A DNA stretch of 64,000 nt from an uncultured SAR86 cluster bacterium (GCA_902557645.1 CACEAP010000005.1:10181-74180); one strand, 5' to 3'; shown: positions 45,704 through 55,569, counted from the stretch's first letter. Made by a program: numbers and translations. Notes: a model not told the origin generated them from the letters alone.

Positions 45704-45800
45704 TAATTTAACCCCCTTCAATTAATTACATATATCATGTCTAAAGTTATAATACATATAAATATGTTATCAATAAATAAATATTCAATTTTCTATATAT

Positions 45801-47246
45801 ATGCATAAAGACGTTATTGTAATTGGAGCAGGCATTTCAGGTATTGGAGCTGCTTACAATCTCCAAAAAAGCTGTAAAACAAAATCTTATTGTATTCTTG
45901 AAGGCAGAGATAATATTGGTGGAACTTGGGATTTGTTTAAATATCCAGGTATAAGATCTGATTCAGATATGCATACTCTTGGTTTTAGGTTCAAGCCATG
46001 GATTAATAAAAAATCCATCGCTGATGGCCCATCAATTATGAATTATTTAAATGAGACGGTTGATGAGTTTCATATCAGAGAGAAAATACTATTTAATCAT
46101 AAAATATTATCTGCTAACTGGATAACAGAAAAATCGCATTGGAGTCTTGAGGTTATTAATAATGGCAAGAAACTAAATATGACATCCAATTTTTTATTTA
46201 TGTGTGGTGGTTATTACAGTTATGACAATCCTTATAGACCTAAATTTCCTAATGAAGAGAGTTTCAAAGGCGTAATTTTACATCCTCAATTTTGGGATGA
46301 ATCTCTTGATTATGCTGATAAAAATATAATTGTAATAGGTAGCGGAGCTACAGCTGTGACCCTTGTTCCAGCTTTAGCAAAAAAAGCTAAACATGTGTGC
46401 ATGTTACAAAGATCACCGAGCTATGTAATTGCTGCACCAGAAGAAGATGCAATAAATAAAAGACTTAAGAAAATCTTACCAAAAAGAACTGCTTATTTTT
46501 TAACTCGATGGAAAAATATTCTCTTAACAAGTTTATTTTTTAAACTTTCTAGAAAATATCCTGAAAGAACAAAGACAAGATTAGTAAATCAGGTTAAAGA
46601 TGAATTAGGCGATAATTTTGATGTTGATAAACATTTTACACCTAGCTATAAGCCTTGGGATCAAAGGATGTGCCTAGTTCCTGATGGTGATCTTTTTAAT
46701 GCAATGAAATCAGGCAAAGCTTCTGTGGTAACAGATCACATTGAGAGTTTTACAGAAAAGGGTATTAATCTTAAATCTGGTGAGCAATTAGAAACAGACA
46801 TTATTATTACAGCTACTGGGATAGAGCTTAATGTTCTGAATGATGTAAAAGTTTATATAGATGGAAAAGATATAGAGCCACATAATAGACTTGCCTATAA
46901 AGGTATGATGTTAGGCGGAGTACCAAATTTGGCTTTTTCATTCGGTTATGTCAATGCTTCATGGACACTTAGAGCTGATCTAACATGTGAATATGTATGT
47001 AGATTATTAAACCAAATGGATAAAGAAAAAGTTTCTATTTGTATGCCTCAAGAAGATCCATTGGCCGAAGCTGATGATGATTATATAGACTTTACATCGG
47101 GCTATGTTCAAAGAGCTTTAGATAGACTACCTCAACAAGGTAAAAAGTCACCTTGGAGAAATTATCAAAATTATTTATTAGATATTTTTTACGTTAGGCT
47201 ATTTTCATTGAAAGACTCAACAATGCGTTTTTATAACTCAAAATAA
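45801..47246 (+). CDS. Flavin-dependent Baeyer-Villiger-type monooxygenase
   Basis: The FAD motif is GAGISGIG. The BVMO fingerprint FxGxxxHxxxW[P/D] appears as FKGVILHPQFWDE. A second Rossmann motif is GSGATA. Confidence 0.75.
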   Translation: MHKDVIVIGAGISGIGAAYNLQKSCKTKSYCILEGRDNIGGTWDLFKYPGIRSDSDMHTLGFRFKPWINKKSIADGPSIMNYLNETVDEFHIREKILFNHKILSANWITEKSHWSLEVINNGKKLNMTSNFLFMCGGYYSYDNPYRPKFPNEESFKGVILHPQFWDESLDYADKNIIVIGSGATAVTLVPALAKKAKHVCMLQRSPSYVIAAPEEDAINKRLKKILPKRTAYFLTRWKNILLTSLFFKLSRKYPERTKTRLVNQVKDELGDNFDVDKHFTPSYKPWDQRMCLVPDGDLFNAMKSGKASVVTDHIESFTEKGINLKSGEQLETDIIITATGIELNVLNDVKVYIDGKDIEPHNRLAYKGMMLGGVPNLAFSFGYVNASWTLRADLTCEYVCRLLNQMDKEKVSICMPQEDPLAEADDDYIDFTSGYVQRALDRLPQQGKKSPWRNYQNYLLDIFYVRLFSLKDSTMRFYNSK

Positions 47247-47247
47247 T

Positions 47248-47324
47248 TGGCGCGCCCGGGAAGATTCGAACTCCCGACCCCTTGGTTCGAAGCCAAGTAC
47301 TCTATCCAGCTGAGCTACAGGCGC
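47248..47324 (-). tRNA. tRNA-Arg (anticodon TCG)
   Basis: The reverse complement GCGCCTGTAGCTCAGCTGGATAGAGTACTTGGCTTCGAACCAAGGGGTCGGGAGTTCGAATCTTCCCGGGCGCGCCA folds as a cloverleaf with anticodon loop CTTCGAA. It is close to E. coli tRNA-Arg. Confidence 0.9.
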
Positions 47325-47440
47325 TATTAATTTTTTCTATTGTATAATTTTTAGAAGTTTTCAGGAAAGAATTATCCTATTTGTTTATGTAGTTTTATAT
47401 AATATTTAATATACTATAAGTACATTAATAGGGGGTTTTT

Positions 47441-49123
47441 GTGAATAGTTATGATTTTATTATTTTAGGTGCTGGATCAGCTGGATGCGTTCTCGCTAAT
47501 AGGTTAAGTCAGAACCCTGATATTAATGTATGTCTAATTGAAGCTGGCTCAAAAGACAATGACCCTAGATTACATATTCCAATTGGTTTTGCTTTTTTAG
47601 GTGACAAGAGTAAATACAGTTGGTCGTACGATACAGTTCCTCAAAAAGAATTTGAAAAAGTACCAGTTTCTGAACCTGAATCAGTTGCAGTTGATTCAGC
47701 AGGCGGTGTACACAAGATGCCTAATGAATCAACAGAACATAGAAAAGGTTTTCAGCCAAGAGGGAAGACATTAGGTGGATCAAGTTCAATTAATGCAATG
47801 TTATATGTAAGAGGGCATAAGTGGGATTATAACCACTGGTCAGAACTTGGTAATGATGGTTGGTCCTATGATGAAGTATTACCATACTTTAAAAAAGCAG
47901 AACATAATGAGGAACATGACAATAAATATCATGGTCAAAATGGCCCTTTAAATGTGAGTAAAATTCGTCATCAACCAGAATCCTGTGATGCCTTTGTAAA
48001 AGCAGGCTCCGCTTTATTTAAATATAACGACGATTTTAATGGTGAAGACCAAGAGGGATTTGGTTATTATCAAACTACTCAAATTAATGGAAAAAGATGT
48101 AGCGCTGCAAAAGCTTATTTAGTGCCAGCTCTTGAAAGAGAAAATCTAACTGTGCTAACTGATACTAATGTAAATAAAATTTTAATTGAAAATAATTCTG
48201 CAAAAGGTGTTGAATGTATTGATTCTGAAAATAATACAATTCAATTATTTGCTGATAAAGAAGTTATACTTTCATCAGGCGCCTTTGGATCGCCTCAAAT
48301 CTTACTAAGATCAGGAGTAGGTCCTGCAAATGAAATTACTAAACATGGTATTGATCATAAGGTTGATTTACCTGGTGTTGGGAAGAATCTACAAGATCAT
48401 ATAGACTATTTAACAGTTCATAAATATAACTCTATTAATTTAATAGGTTTTAACTTGAAAACTATATTTTTTAAATTCCCTTTAGAGATTCTTAAGTATT
48501 GGTTTAAAAAAACAGGATTATTTACTTCAACTATAGCTGAAGCTGGTGCCTTTATAAAAACGCGTGATGATTTAAAAGCTCCAAATATTCAATATCATTA
48601 TGCTCCTGCTATGGTTGTTGATCATGGAAGAACAAGTGTATGGGGCACTGGTATGAGTTGTCATTCATGCTTATTGAGACCTAAATCAAGAGGCGAAGTA
48701 ACACTCGAGTCTGCAGATCCATTTGCAGATCCATTAATAGATCCTAAATTTTTAAGTCATCCGGATGATGTTAAAGATATGATTGATGGATATAAAATCA
48801 TGATGAAGGTCTTAAATACAGAACCATTTTCTAAATATATTCAAGAGCATACACAGAGGCCTGTTGATGTAAATGATGATGCTGATATCGAACTAGCTAT
48901 TCGTGAGGATGCTGATACTGTTTATCATCCTGTTGGTACATGTAAAATGGGAAATGATGATATGAGTGTTGTTAATAATAGATTGAAAGTTCACAATATG
49001 AATAACTTAAGAGTTGTTGATGCTTCTATTATGCCAACCTTAGTAGGAGGTAATACTAATGCGCCTACTATTATGATAGGTGAAAAAGCATCAGATATGA
49101 TTATAGAGGATTGGAATATTTAA
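47441..49123 (+). CDS. GMC-family flavin oxidoreductase (choline/alcohol dehydrogenase, BetA/AlkJ-like)
   Basis: GTG start after GGGGG. Motifs are YDFIILGAGSAGCVLANRLS, GKTLGGSSSINAM and, at the C-terminus, HPVGTCKMG. Confidence 0.85.
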   Translation: MNSYDFIILGAGSAGCVLANRLSQNPDINVCLIEAGSKDNDPRLHIPIGFAFLGDKSKYSWSYDTVPQKEFEKVPVSEPESVAVDSAGGVHKMPNESTEHRKGFQPRGKTLGGSSSINAMLYVRGHKWDYNHWSELGNDGWSYDEVLPYFKKAEHNEEHDNKYHGQNGPLNVSKIRHQPESCDAFVKAGSALFKYNDDFNGEDQEGFGYYQTTQINGKRCSAAKAYLVPALERENLTVLTDTNVNKILIENNSAKGVECIDSENNTIQLFADKEVILSSGAFGSPQILLRSGVGPANEITKHGIDHKVDLPGVGKNLQDHIDYLTVHKYNSINLIGFNLKTIFFKFPLEILKYWFKKTGLFTSTIAEAGAFIKTRDDLKAPNIQYHYAPAMVVDHGRTSVWGTGMSCHSCLLRPKSRGEVTLESADPFADPLIDPKFLSHPDDVKDMIDGYKIMMKVLNTEPFSKYIQEHTQRPVDVNDDADIELAIREDADTVYHPVGTCKMGNDDMSVVNNRLKVHNMNNLRVVDASIMPTLVGGNTNAPTIMIGEKASDMIIEDWNI

Positions 49124-49163
49124 TTTATCAATTGATTAAATGGGTCTACATTAAAATAGGGGA

Positions 49164-51320
49164 ATGAATATGAATAAATTATTGAAGAAAATATTGTTAT
49201 CAATACCTTTTGTATTGTTATTTGTTTATGTCGTTCTATATATAGATGTTTATGATAAGAGACCAATAATAGGTCTTTTTAAGAATATTACACACTCTGA
49301 ATCAGCCCTTGAAATTGTTGATTTTTCTGTTGATAAGCCTATATCTGAAAAGATTAAACCTGCTCCAAATCCTAATAAAAACCCATATTATGGAGATCTA
49401 CATGTACATACAAAATATTCATTTGATGCCTATGTATTCGGTGTAACAGCATCACCAGATGATGCTTATGACTTTGCAAAAGGTAAAGGCATAATGCACC
49501 CACTTGGTTATGAGATGAAGTTACAGGAGCCATTAGATTTTTACTCAGTAACAGACCATGGTTTTTATATGGGAATGATTCAAGCTTATGCTGATACAAC
49601 TACTGATATATCGCAAAATGATTTTGCTGTACCTTTTCATAATTTAAATGCCCCTGAAAATCTTGTTGTTGAGTCAGCCGGTCAACGTTCAAATATTTTT
49701 AGTAATGTTTTAGCTGCTGCAATTATTAATCCTATGCCATGGTGGCATCCAAGGACTTTGAAAGCTTGGTTTACTAATAATACGCAATTAGCCCTTGAAT
49801 CATTTGATTATGAGATACATAAGTCAGCATGGGCTGATGTAGCAAGATCTGCAAATGAGCATAATGACCCTGGTCATTTTACAACTTTTATCGGTTATGA
49901 ATTTACAACCTCAACAGATACAGAGGGTGGAAATCTTCATAGAAATGTTATTTTTAATTCATCAAAAGCACCAATTAGACCTTGGACTAGAATTGATTCA
50001 ATAAATCCTGAAGATCTATGGACCTGGCAAGATGGACTAAGAGAAAAAGGTATAGATACTGTATCGATGCCTCACAATAGTAACGGTTCAAATGGACAAA
50101 TGTTTGAAATGGAAACATTTAAAGGTGATGCTATAAATCGTAAATATGCAGAACAAAGAATGAGAAATGAGCCACTGGTCGAGATAACTCAAGTTAAGGG
50201 AACATCAGAAACTCATCCTTTATTATCGCCAGATGATAATTGGGCTGATTTTGAAATAATGGATAAGAGAGTAGGAAGTAGACCACCAACCTATAGCAAA
50301 CCATCTGGAAGTTATGTTAGAGAAGCATATCAAAATGGCTTAACACTTGATTGGGCTAATCAAGGCAATCCATATAAATTTGGTTTAATAGGTTCAAGTG
50401 ATACTCATACTGGCGGAGGCTCGTTTGATGAATCTAATTATTGGTCTAAAGTAGGTTTGTTAGATGGTGATGGAGTTAATAGAGGAAGTGTTCCTGTTAG
50501 TCCAGAGCAAGAACAACTTCTCATAGATTATATGAATGCATTTAACCAACCAAATGCATTAGTTGACCTTGAAGCAGGAACATTCGCAAATACTGGATTT
50601 ACTCAATGGGGCGCATCAGGATTAGCTGTTGCATGGGCAGAAGAAAATACTAGAGAGTCTATATTTAATGCTTTTAAGCGTAAAGAAACATTTGCAACAA
50701 CAGGAACTCGAATTGCAGTTCGATTTTTTGCAGGATATGACCTTAAAACACTTGATTTAGATTCAGATACTTTAGTAAGTGATGCTTATAAAAAAGGTGT
50801 GACTATGGGTTCGGACATTATGAATGATGATAATAAAACACCTGATTTTTTAGTTTGGGCTCAAGGAGACAAGAATGGAGCTCCACTTCAACGTATTCAA
50901 ATAGTAAAGGGTTGGATAGATATGAACAGCGGCACTCCATATGAAAAAATTTATGATGTAGCTTGTTCAGATGGAATGAGTGTAGATCCTATAACTAATA
51001 GATGCCCTGATAATGGTGCAAGAGTTAATATAAATGATTGCTCAATTTCTCAAAATGTAGGCGCAACAGAATTAAAATCGATATGGATAGATCCTGATTT
51101 TGATTCAACAGTAAAAGCATTTTATTATGTTAGAGTTCTAGAAAACCCAACTTGTAGATGGTCCACATGGGATGCAATCAAAGCTGGTTACACACCAAGA
51201 GAAGATCTTCATGAAACTATTCAAGAAAGAGCATGGTCGTCACCTATATGGTACGTACCCGGTATTTCAGAATATACAGTTATTCCGTTAGGCGGAACTG
51301 TTGCTGTTGATGACCAATAA
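49164..51320 (+). CDS. DUF3604-family protein (PHP-like metal-dependent hydrolase fold), membrane-anchored or secreted
   Basis: The N-terminal hydrophobic segment is followed by YYGDLHVHTKYSFDAY, a PHP-type HxH metal motif. ATG 49170 is better spaced from the AGGGG SD than ATG 49164. The family call is from memory. Confidence 0.6.
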   Translation: MNMNKLLKKILLSIPFVLLFVYVVLYIDVYDKRPIIGLFKNITHSESALEIVDFSVDKPISEKIKPAPNPNKNPYYGDLHVHTKYSFDAYVFGVTASPDDAYDFAKGKGIMHPLGYEMKLQEPLDFYSVTDHGFYMGMIQAYADTTTDISQNDFAVPFHNLNAPENLVVESAGQRSNIFSNVLAAAIINPMPWWHPRTLKAWFTNNTQLALESFDYEIHKSAWADVARSANEHNDPGHFTTFIGYEFTTSTDTEGGNLHRNVIFNSSKAPIRPWTRIDSINPEDLWTWQDGLREKGIDTVSMPHNSNGSNGQMFEMETFKGDAINRKYAEQRMRNEPLVEITQVKGTSETHPLLSPDDNWADFEIMDKRVGSRPPTYSKPSGSYVREAYQNGLTLDWANQGNPYKFGLIGSSDTHTGGGSFDESNYWSKVGLLDGDGVNRGSVPVSPEQEQLLIDYMNAFNQPNALVDLEAGTFANTGFTQWGASGLAVAWAEENTRESIFNAFKRKETFATTGTRIAVRFFAGYDLKTLDLDSDTLVSDAYKKGVTMGSDIMNDDNKTPDFLVWAQGDKNGAPLQRIQIVKGWIDMNSGTPYEKIYDVACSDGMSVDPITNRCPDNGARVNINDCSISQNVGATELKSIWIDPDFDSTVKAFYYVRVLENPTCRWSTWDAIKAGYTPREDLHETIQERAWSSPIWYVPGISEYTVIPLGGTVAVDDQ

Positions 51321-51344
51321 ATTTTATTTATATAAATAAAGCAA

Positions 51345-52148
51345 TTGAAAACGAAAATATTTATATTTTTTATTATTGGTCTCTTTATCTATCTTATTGA
51401 TATAGGGTTGAACCCTCAAGAAAACCCTAAAGAGATTTATATATCTGATCAAGAGGTACTTAGTCTTGTAAGTGCTTGGGAGTCACAAGTTGGGAGAAAG
51501 CCTACGGATGATGAGATATCTCGGATATTAAACAATTTAATTGAAGAAGAAATATTATACAGAGAAGCTCTATTATTAGGGTTAGATCAAGAAGATAGGA
51601 TTATTAAAAGAAGATTAGCTCAGAAAATATCATTTTTAAAACAAGAAACTTTAATTGATAAACCTTCAAACAAAGATCTTATTAATTTCTATGATGTAAA
51701 TAAAGATAATTATTTTGTTAAACCTACTTTCACTTTTACACATTATTTTTTTAGTGCTGAAAATAATTCATTAGTTAGATCTAATAATGCATTCAAAGAT
51801 ATATTAGCAGGATCTAATAATATTGAAGCTGATCCTTTCTTTCTTGGAAAAAATTTTGTAGAAAAAAATACAGATGAAATTAGCAGAAGTTTTGGAAAAA
51901 TCTTTAGTCTTAACTTTACTAAGGATATAACTCTCAATGAGTGGTTAGGGCCATTCAAATCTTCATTTGGCCATCATATTATTAAAGTCAATAGAACAAG
52001 CTCAGGCTATTATCCAATGATTACAGAGGTATTAAATCAAGTTGAGATAGACTTACTAGCACAAAAAAGAGATCAAGCTATTAAAGAATACATAGCTACA
52101 GTTAAATTAGAATATAAAGTTTATGTAAATCAAAATCTAGAATATTGA
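51345..52148 (+). CDS. Membrane-anchored parvulin-type peptidyl-prolyl isomerase (PpiC/SurA-like)
   Basis: TTG start and an N-terminal TM. The C-terminal rotamase signature is GPFKSSFGHHIIKV. Confidence 0.6.
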   Translation: MKTKIFIFFIIGLFIYLIDIGLNPQENPKEIYISDQEVLSLVSAWESQVGRKPTDDEISRILNNLIEEEILYREALLLGLDQEDRIIKRRLAQKISFLKQETLIDKPSNKDLINFYDVNKDNYFVKPTFTFTHYFFSAENNSLVRSNNAFKDILAGSNNIEADPFFLGKNFVEKNTDEISRSFGKIFSLNFTKDITLNEWLGPFKSSFGHHIIKVNRTSSGYYPMITEVLNQVEIDLLAQKRDQAIKEYIATVKLEYKVYVNQNLEY

Positions 52149-53101
52149 TGGCTAAAATTTTTATATCTATTTTATTAATTTTTGCTATACAGAATAATGC
52201 TCATGAATTTAATCCTGCTCATCTTGTTATAGAAGAATCAGATTCGGTTAATTACAATTATGAAGCAACATGGTTATACCCATTAAAAAATATCGGTAAG
52301 AGAGCTGAGTTAATCTTCCCGGATATATGTAAAATTGAAGCATTAGCACCTTATCCACAGGGCAAGTATTTAGTTGAAAAACTATCATTAAATTGTACTT
52401 CGACCTTAAAAGATCAAACTATTAAAGTAGAACATTTAAGTGTTTTAACTGATGCATTAGTTACAGTAAATTTTAGTGATAACTCAACTTTTGAAGGAAT
52501 TATGAACCTCAGAAACCCAAGTATTACTATTCCAATAAAAAAACAAGCTTTTCCAACAACATACTTTAAGCTAGGCATAGATCATCTGTTAAGCGGCATT
52601 GATCATATTTTGTTTATATTTGGTTTGTTGTTTCTTGTTACAGGGGTTATTAATATAATTAAGACAATAACCGCCTTTACTATTGCGCATAGCATAACCC
52701 TAGGCCTTTCTGTATTTAATTTAATTACTCTACCTCAGGCTACAATTGAAGTTTTAATAGCATTAACAATAGTTTATCTTGCAGTAGAAATAAGTAGCAA
52801 AAATAAATACTCAGCTACACCATGGTTTATGGCTTTTGGATTTGGATTACTTCACGGATTAGGCTTTGCAGGCGCTTTAGGTGAAATTGGCATAAGCAAT
52901 GATCAAATTTTATTATCATTATTATTTTTTAATATTGGTATCGAGGCTGGACAACTAGCATTAATACCAATTTTTGGATTTTTAATATGGACGGCAAATA
53001 AATACAAAATTTATACAAATGCTTCTATTGGCGCGTCATACTTGCTTGGCTCAATGGGTTTTTATTGGGTTATTAGTAGATTTATTGGCATAGTTACCTA
53101 A
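52148..53101 (+). CDS. HupE/UreJ-family membrane protein with an N-terminal extracytoplasmic domain
   Basis: The signal peptide ends with a mature HEFNPAH. C-terminal TM repeats carry the DHILFIFGLL and AFTIAHSITLGL motifs. Start ATG 52148 (the ORF track gives TTG 52145). Confidence 0.6.
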   Translation: MAKIFISILLIFAIQNNAHEFNPAHLVIEESDSVNYNYEATWLYPLKNIGKRAELIFPDICKIEALAPYPQGKYLVEKLSLNCTSTLKDQTIKVEHLSVLTDALVTVNFSDNSTFEGIMNLRNPSITIPIKKQAFPTTYFKLGIDHLLSGIDHILFIFGLLFLVTGVINIIKTITAFTIAHSITLGLSVFNLITLPQATIEVLIALTIVYLAVEISSKNKYSATPWFMAFGFGLLHGLGFAGALGEIGISNDQILLSLLFFNIGIEAGQLALIPIFGFLIWTANKYKIYTNASIGASYLLGSMGFYWVISRFIGIVT

Positions 53102-53154
53102 TTGATTTTTTGGCTTTTGATATAAAATAAATCCTTACATAGATAAGTTTAAAT

Positions 53155-54297
53155 ATGAATAAATTACATGATTTTGGTTTTGGTACACAAATAAGAAAAA
53201 GTCCCTTTTTTGATGCTACTGTAAGATGGGGTGCTCAAGGATTTTCTACTTACAATCACATGTATATACCTCGTGATTTTGGTAATCCAGAAGAAAATTT
53301 TTGGAATTTAGTAAATGATGCAATTCTATGTGACGTTGCTGTAGAAAGGCAGGTACAAATTAAAGGACCAGATGCATCACAATTTGTACAAATGATGTCA
53401 CCTCGTGATTTATCTAAAATGCAAGTTGGTCAATGTAAATATGTAATTTTAGTAAACGAAGCAGGTGGTATATTAAATGATCCAGTTTTGCTTAAAATTG
53501 CTGATGATTGTTATTGGTTTTCATTAGCTGATAGTGATATTTTGTTTTGGGCTCAAGGCCTAGCAGTAAATTCTAATTATGATATTAAAATTTCTGAACC
53601 TGATGTATCACCACTGCAACTTCAAGGGCCAAAATCTAAAGATATTATGGTAAATATATTTGGTAATACTATAAATGACTTAAAATATTTTTGGTTTAAA
53701 AAATTTAATCTAGGATCAATTGAATTAATAATATCGAGAACAGGTTGGTCGAGCGAGCTTGGCTATGAAATATTTCTTTTAAATTCTAATCAAGGTGATG
53801 AATTATATGAAAGCTTGATGCATGGTGGTAAAGATCTGGGCTTAAAAGCTGGTCACACTTCTACTATTAGAAGGTTAGAAGGTGCAATGCTTTCTTATCA
53901 TGCTGATATGGATATTAATACAAATCCTTTTGAGCTCGGCTTAGATAAATTCATTGATTTAGATGGCAATTTTAATTTTATTGGCAAAACTGCATTAAAA
54001 AATATTTTAAATGCAGGAATTGAAAGAAAACAAGTTGGTTTAATTATAGATGATAAGCCTTTATCTGGACCTAATACACGCTTTTGGGTTATTAAATCTA
54101 ATGAAGTTGAGATTGGTAAGGTTACTTCAGCAGTCTATTCACCAAGATTAAAACAAAATATTGCTCTTGCTATTATTTCTGCAGATCAAGCAAATATTGG
54201 AGATGAAGTTATTGTAGATAATGGGTCTGAGTTACTATCTGCGACTATCGTCGATAAACCATTTTATGACCCTAATAAAAATCTAGCAAAAGGTTAA
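53155..54297 (+). CDS. GcvT-family aminomethyltransferase, DmdA-like (possible DMSP demethylase)
   Basis: 380 aa. IRKSPFF, STYNHMY, CDVAVERQVQIKGPDA, SPRDL, GQCKYV, GGILNDPVLLK, SLADSD and PLQLQGPKS follow the pattern I recall for DmdA rather than canonical GcvT. Confidence 0.5.
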   Translation: MNKLHDFGFGTQIRKSPFFDATVRWGAQGFSTYNHMYIPRDFGNPEENFWNLVNDAILCDVAVERQVQIKGPDASQFVQMMSPRDLSKMQVGQCKYVILVNEAGGILNDPVLLKIADDCYWFSLADSDILFWAQGLAVNSNYDIKISEPDVSPLQLQGPKSKDIMVNIFGNTINDLKYFWFKKFNLGSIELIISRTGWSSELGYEIFLLNSNQGDELYESLMHGGKDLGLKAGHTSTIRRLEGAMLSYHADMDINTNPFELGLDKFIDLDGNFNFIGKTALKNILNAGIERKQVGLIIDDKPLSGPNTRFWVIKSNEVEIGKVTSAVYSPRLKQNIALAIISADQANIGDEVIVDNGSELLSATIVDKPFYDPNKNLAKG

Positions 54298-54372
54298 TAT
54301 AACTACAAATTGATATTAACTTAAAAATCGATATTATTATCGTTATTTATATGAACAATTTATACTTTAATA

Positions 54373-55569
54373 ATGATTAGGCTTTCTAATAAAAAAATAC
54401 TGTTATGCATAACAGGCGGAATTGCTGCATATAAAACTCCTGAATTAACAAGGATTTTTAAAAAGAATGGTGCTGATGTTCGTATTATTATGACTGAGTC
54501 TTCAAAAGAATTTGTTGCACCATTAAGTCTTCAAGCAGTTTCTGGAAATCAAATTCATTATTCTCTCATTGATGAAGAGGCTGAGCTTGGTATGGGTCAT
54601 ATCGAATTAGCTAAATGGGCTGATGTTATATTAATTGCTCCTTGTACTGCAGAATCTATCTCAAGATTATCCCAAGGTAGAGCTAATGATCTAATGAGCG
54701 CAGTTATCTTGGCATCAGATGCTGATCTTTTTATAGCTCCAGCTATGAATGTTAAGATGTGGGGTGACAAGGTTACACAAAAAAATGTTAAAACTCTTAA
54801 AATAAAAAATGTAAACTTTATCGGGCCTGATAGTGGTGATCAGGCATGTGGTGATGTTGGTGAAGGAAGAATGTCGGAGCCACAAGATATAGCTTTTGCT
54901 ATAGCTAAGTCATTTTCATCATCTTATTTAAATGGCATGAGAATTTTAATTACAGCCGGACCAACAAAAGAAGCAATAGACCCTGTTAGATATTTAACAA
55001 ATAATAGTTCAGGGAAGATGGGTTATGCACTTGCTGAGTCAGCATTTTTAGCAGGGGCACAAGTAGATTTAGTTAGCGGACCAGTAAGTATAAATGCTTA
55101 TGAAGGCGTAAACTTGCACAAAATAAATAGTGCTGATGAGATGCTTGAAAAGATAAAAACTTTAATTAATGGTATAGATATATTTATAGGTTGTGCAGCT
55201 GTTGCAGACTTTAAACCTACCAACTATATTGATTCTAAAATTAAGAAAACTGATGAAAATAATATGTCTATTAATTTAACAAAGAACCCTGATATTCTTA
55301 AATATGCATCTGAAAACATGAAAGATAAAATTGTAATTGGTTTTAGTGCTGAAACAGATAATATTATTGAAAATGCTCGATTAAAATTATCTAAAAAAGA
55401 TTTAGATATGATTATTTGTAATGACGTTTCTGATTCAAGTATTGGATTTGATTCAGATAATAATGAAGTTCATATAATTACTAAAGATTATGAAAAAAAA
55501 CTTCATAAAAAATCAAAAATTAGAATTGCAAAAGAGATTTTAAAAAATATTGAACCATTAATTAATTAA
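54373..55569 (+). CDS. coaBC: Bifunctional phosphopantothenoylcysteine decarboxylase / phosphopantothenate-cysteine ligase
   Basis: 398 aa. The N-terminal flavoprotein domain begins KILLCITGGIAAYK. The C-terminal ligase domain carries ITAGPTKEAIDPVRYLTNNSSGKMG. Confidence 0.9.
   Translation: MIRLSNKKILLCITGGIAAYKTPELTRIFKKNGADVRIIMTESSKEFVAPLSLQAVSGNQIHYSLIDEEAELGMGHIELAKWADVILIAPCTAESISRLSQGRANDLMSAVILASDADLFIAPAMNVKMWGDKVTQKNVKTLKIKNVNFIGPDSGDQACGDVGEGRMSEPQDIAFAIAKSFSSSYLNGMRILITAGPTKEAIDPVRYLTNNSSGKMGYALAESAFLAGAQVDLVSGPVSINAYEGVNLHKINSADEMLEKIKTLINGIDIFIGCAAVADFKPTNYIDSKIKKTDENNMSINLTKNPDILKYASENMKDKIVIGFSAETDNIIENARLKLSKKDLDMIICNDVSDSSIGFDSDNNEVHIITKDYEKKLHKKSKIRIAKEILKNIEPLIN

Noticed and set aside
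45754-45767. The 6-2-6 palindrome ACATAT-AA-ATATGT in the esterase/BVMO divergent region, and the ATCAATTGAT palindrome at the GMC stop codon (about 49114-49130).
   Set aside because: Both are short, AT-only palindromes expected by chance at this base composition. Neither has a second copy or an adjacent regulator.
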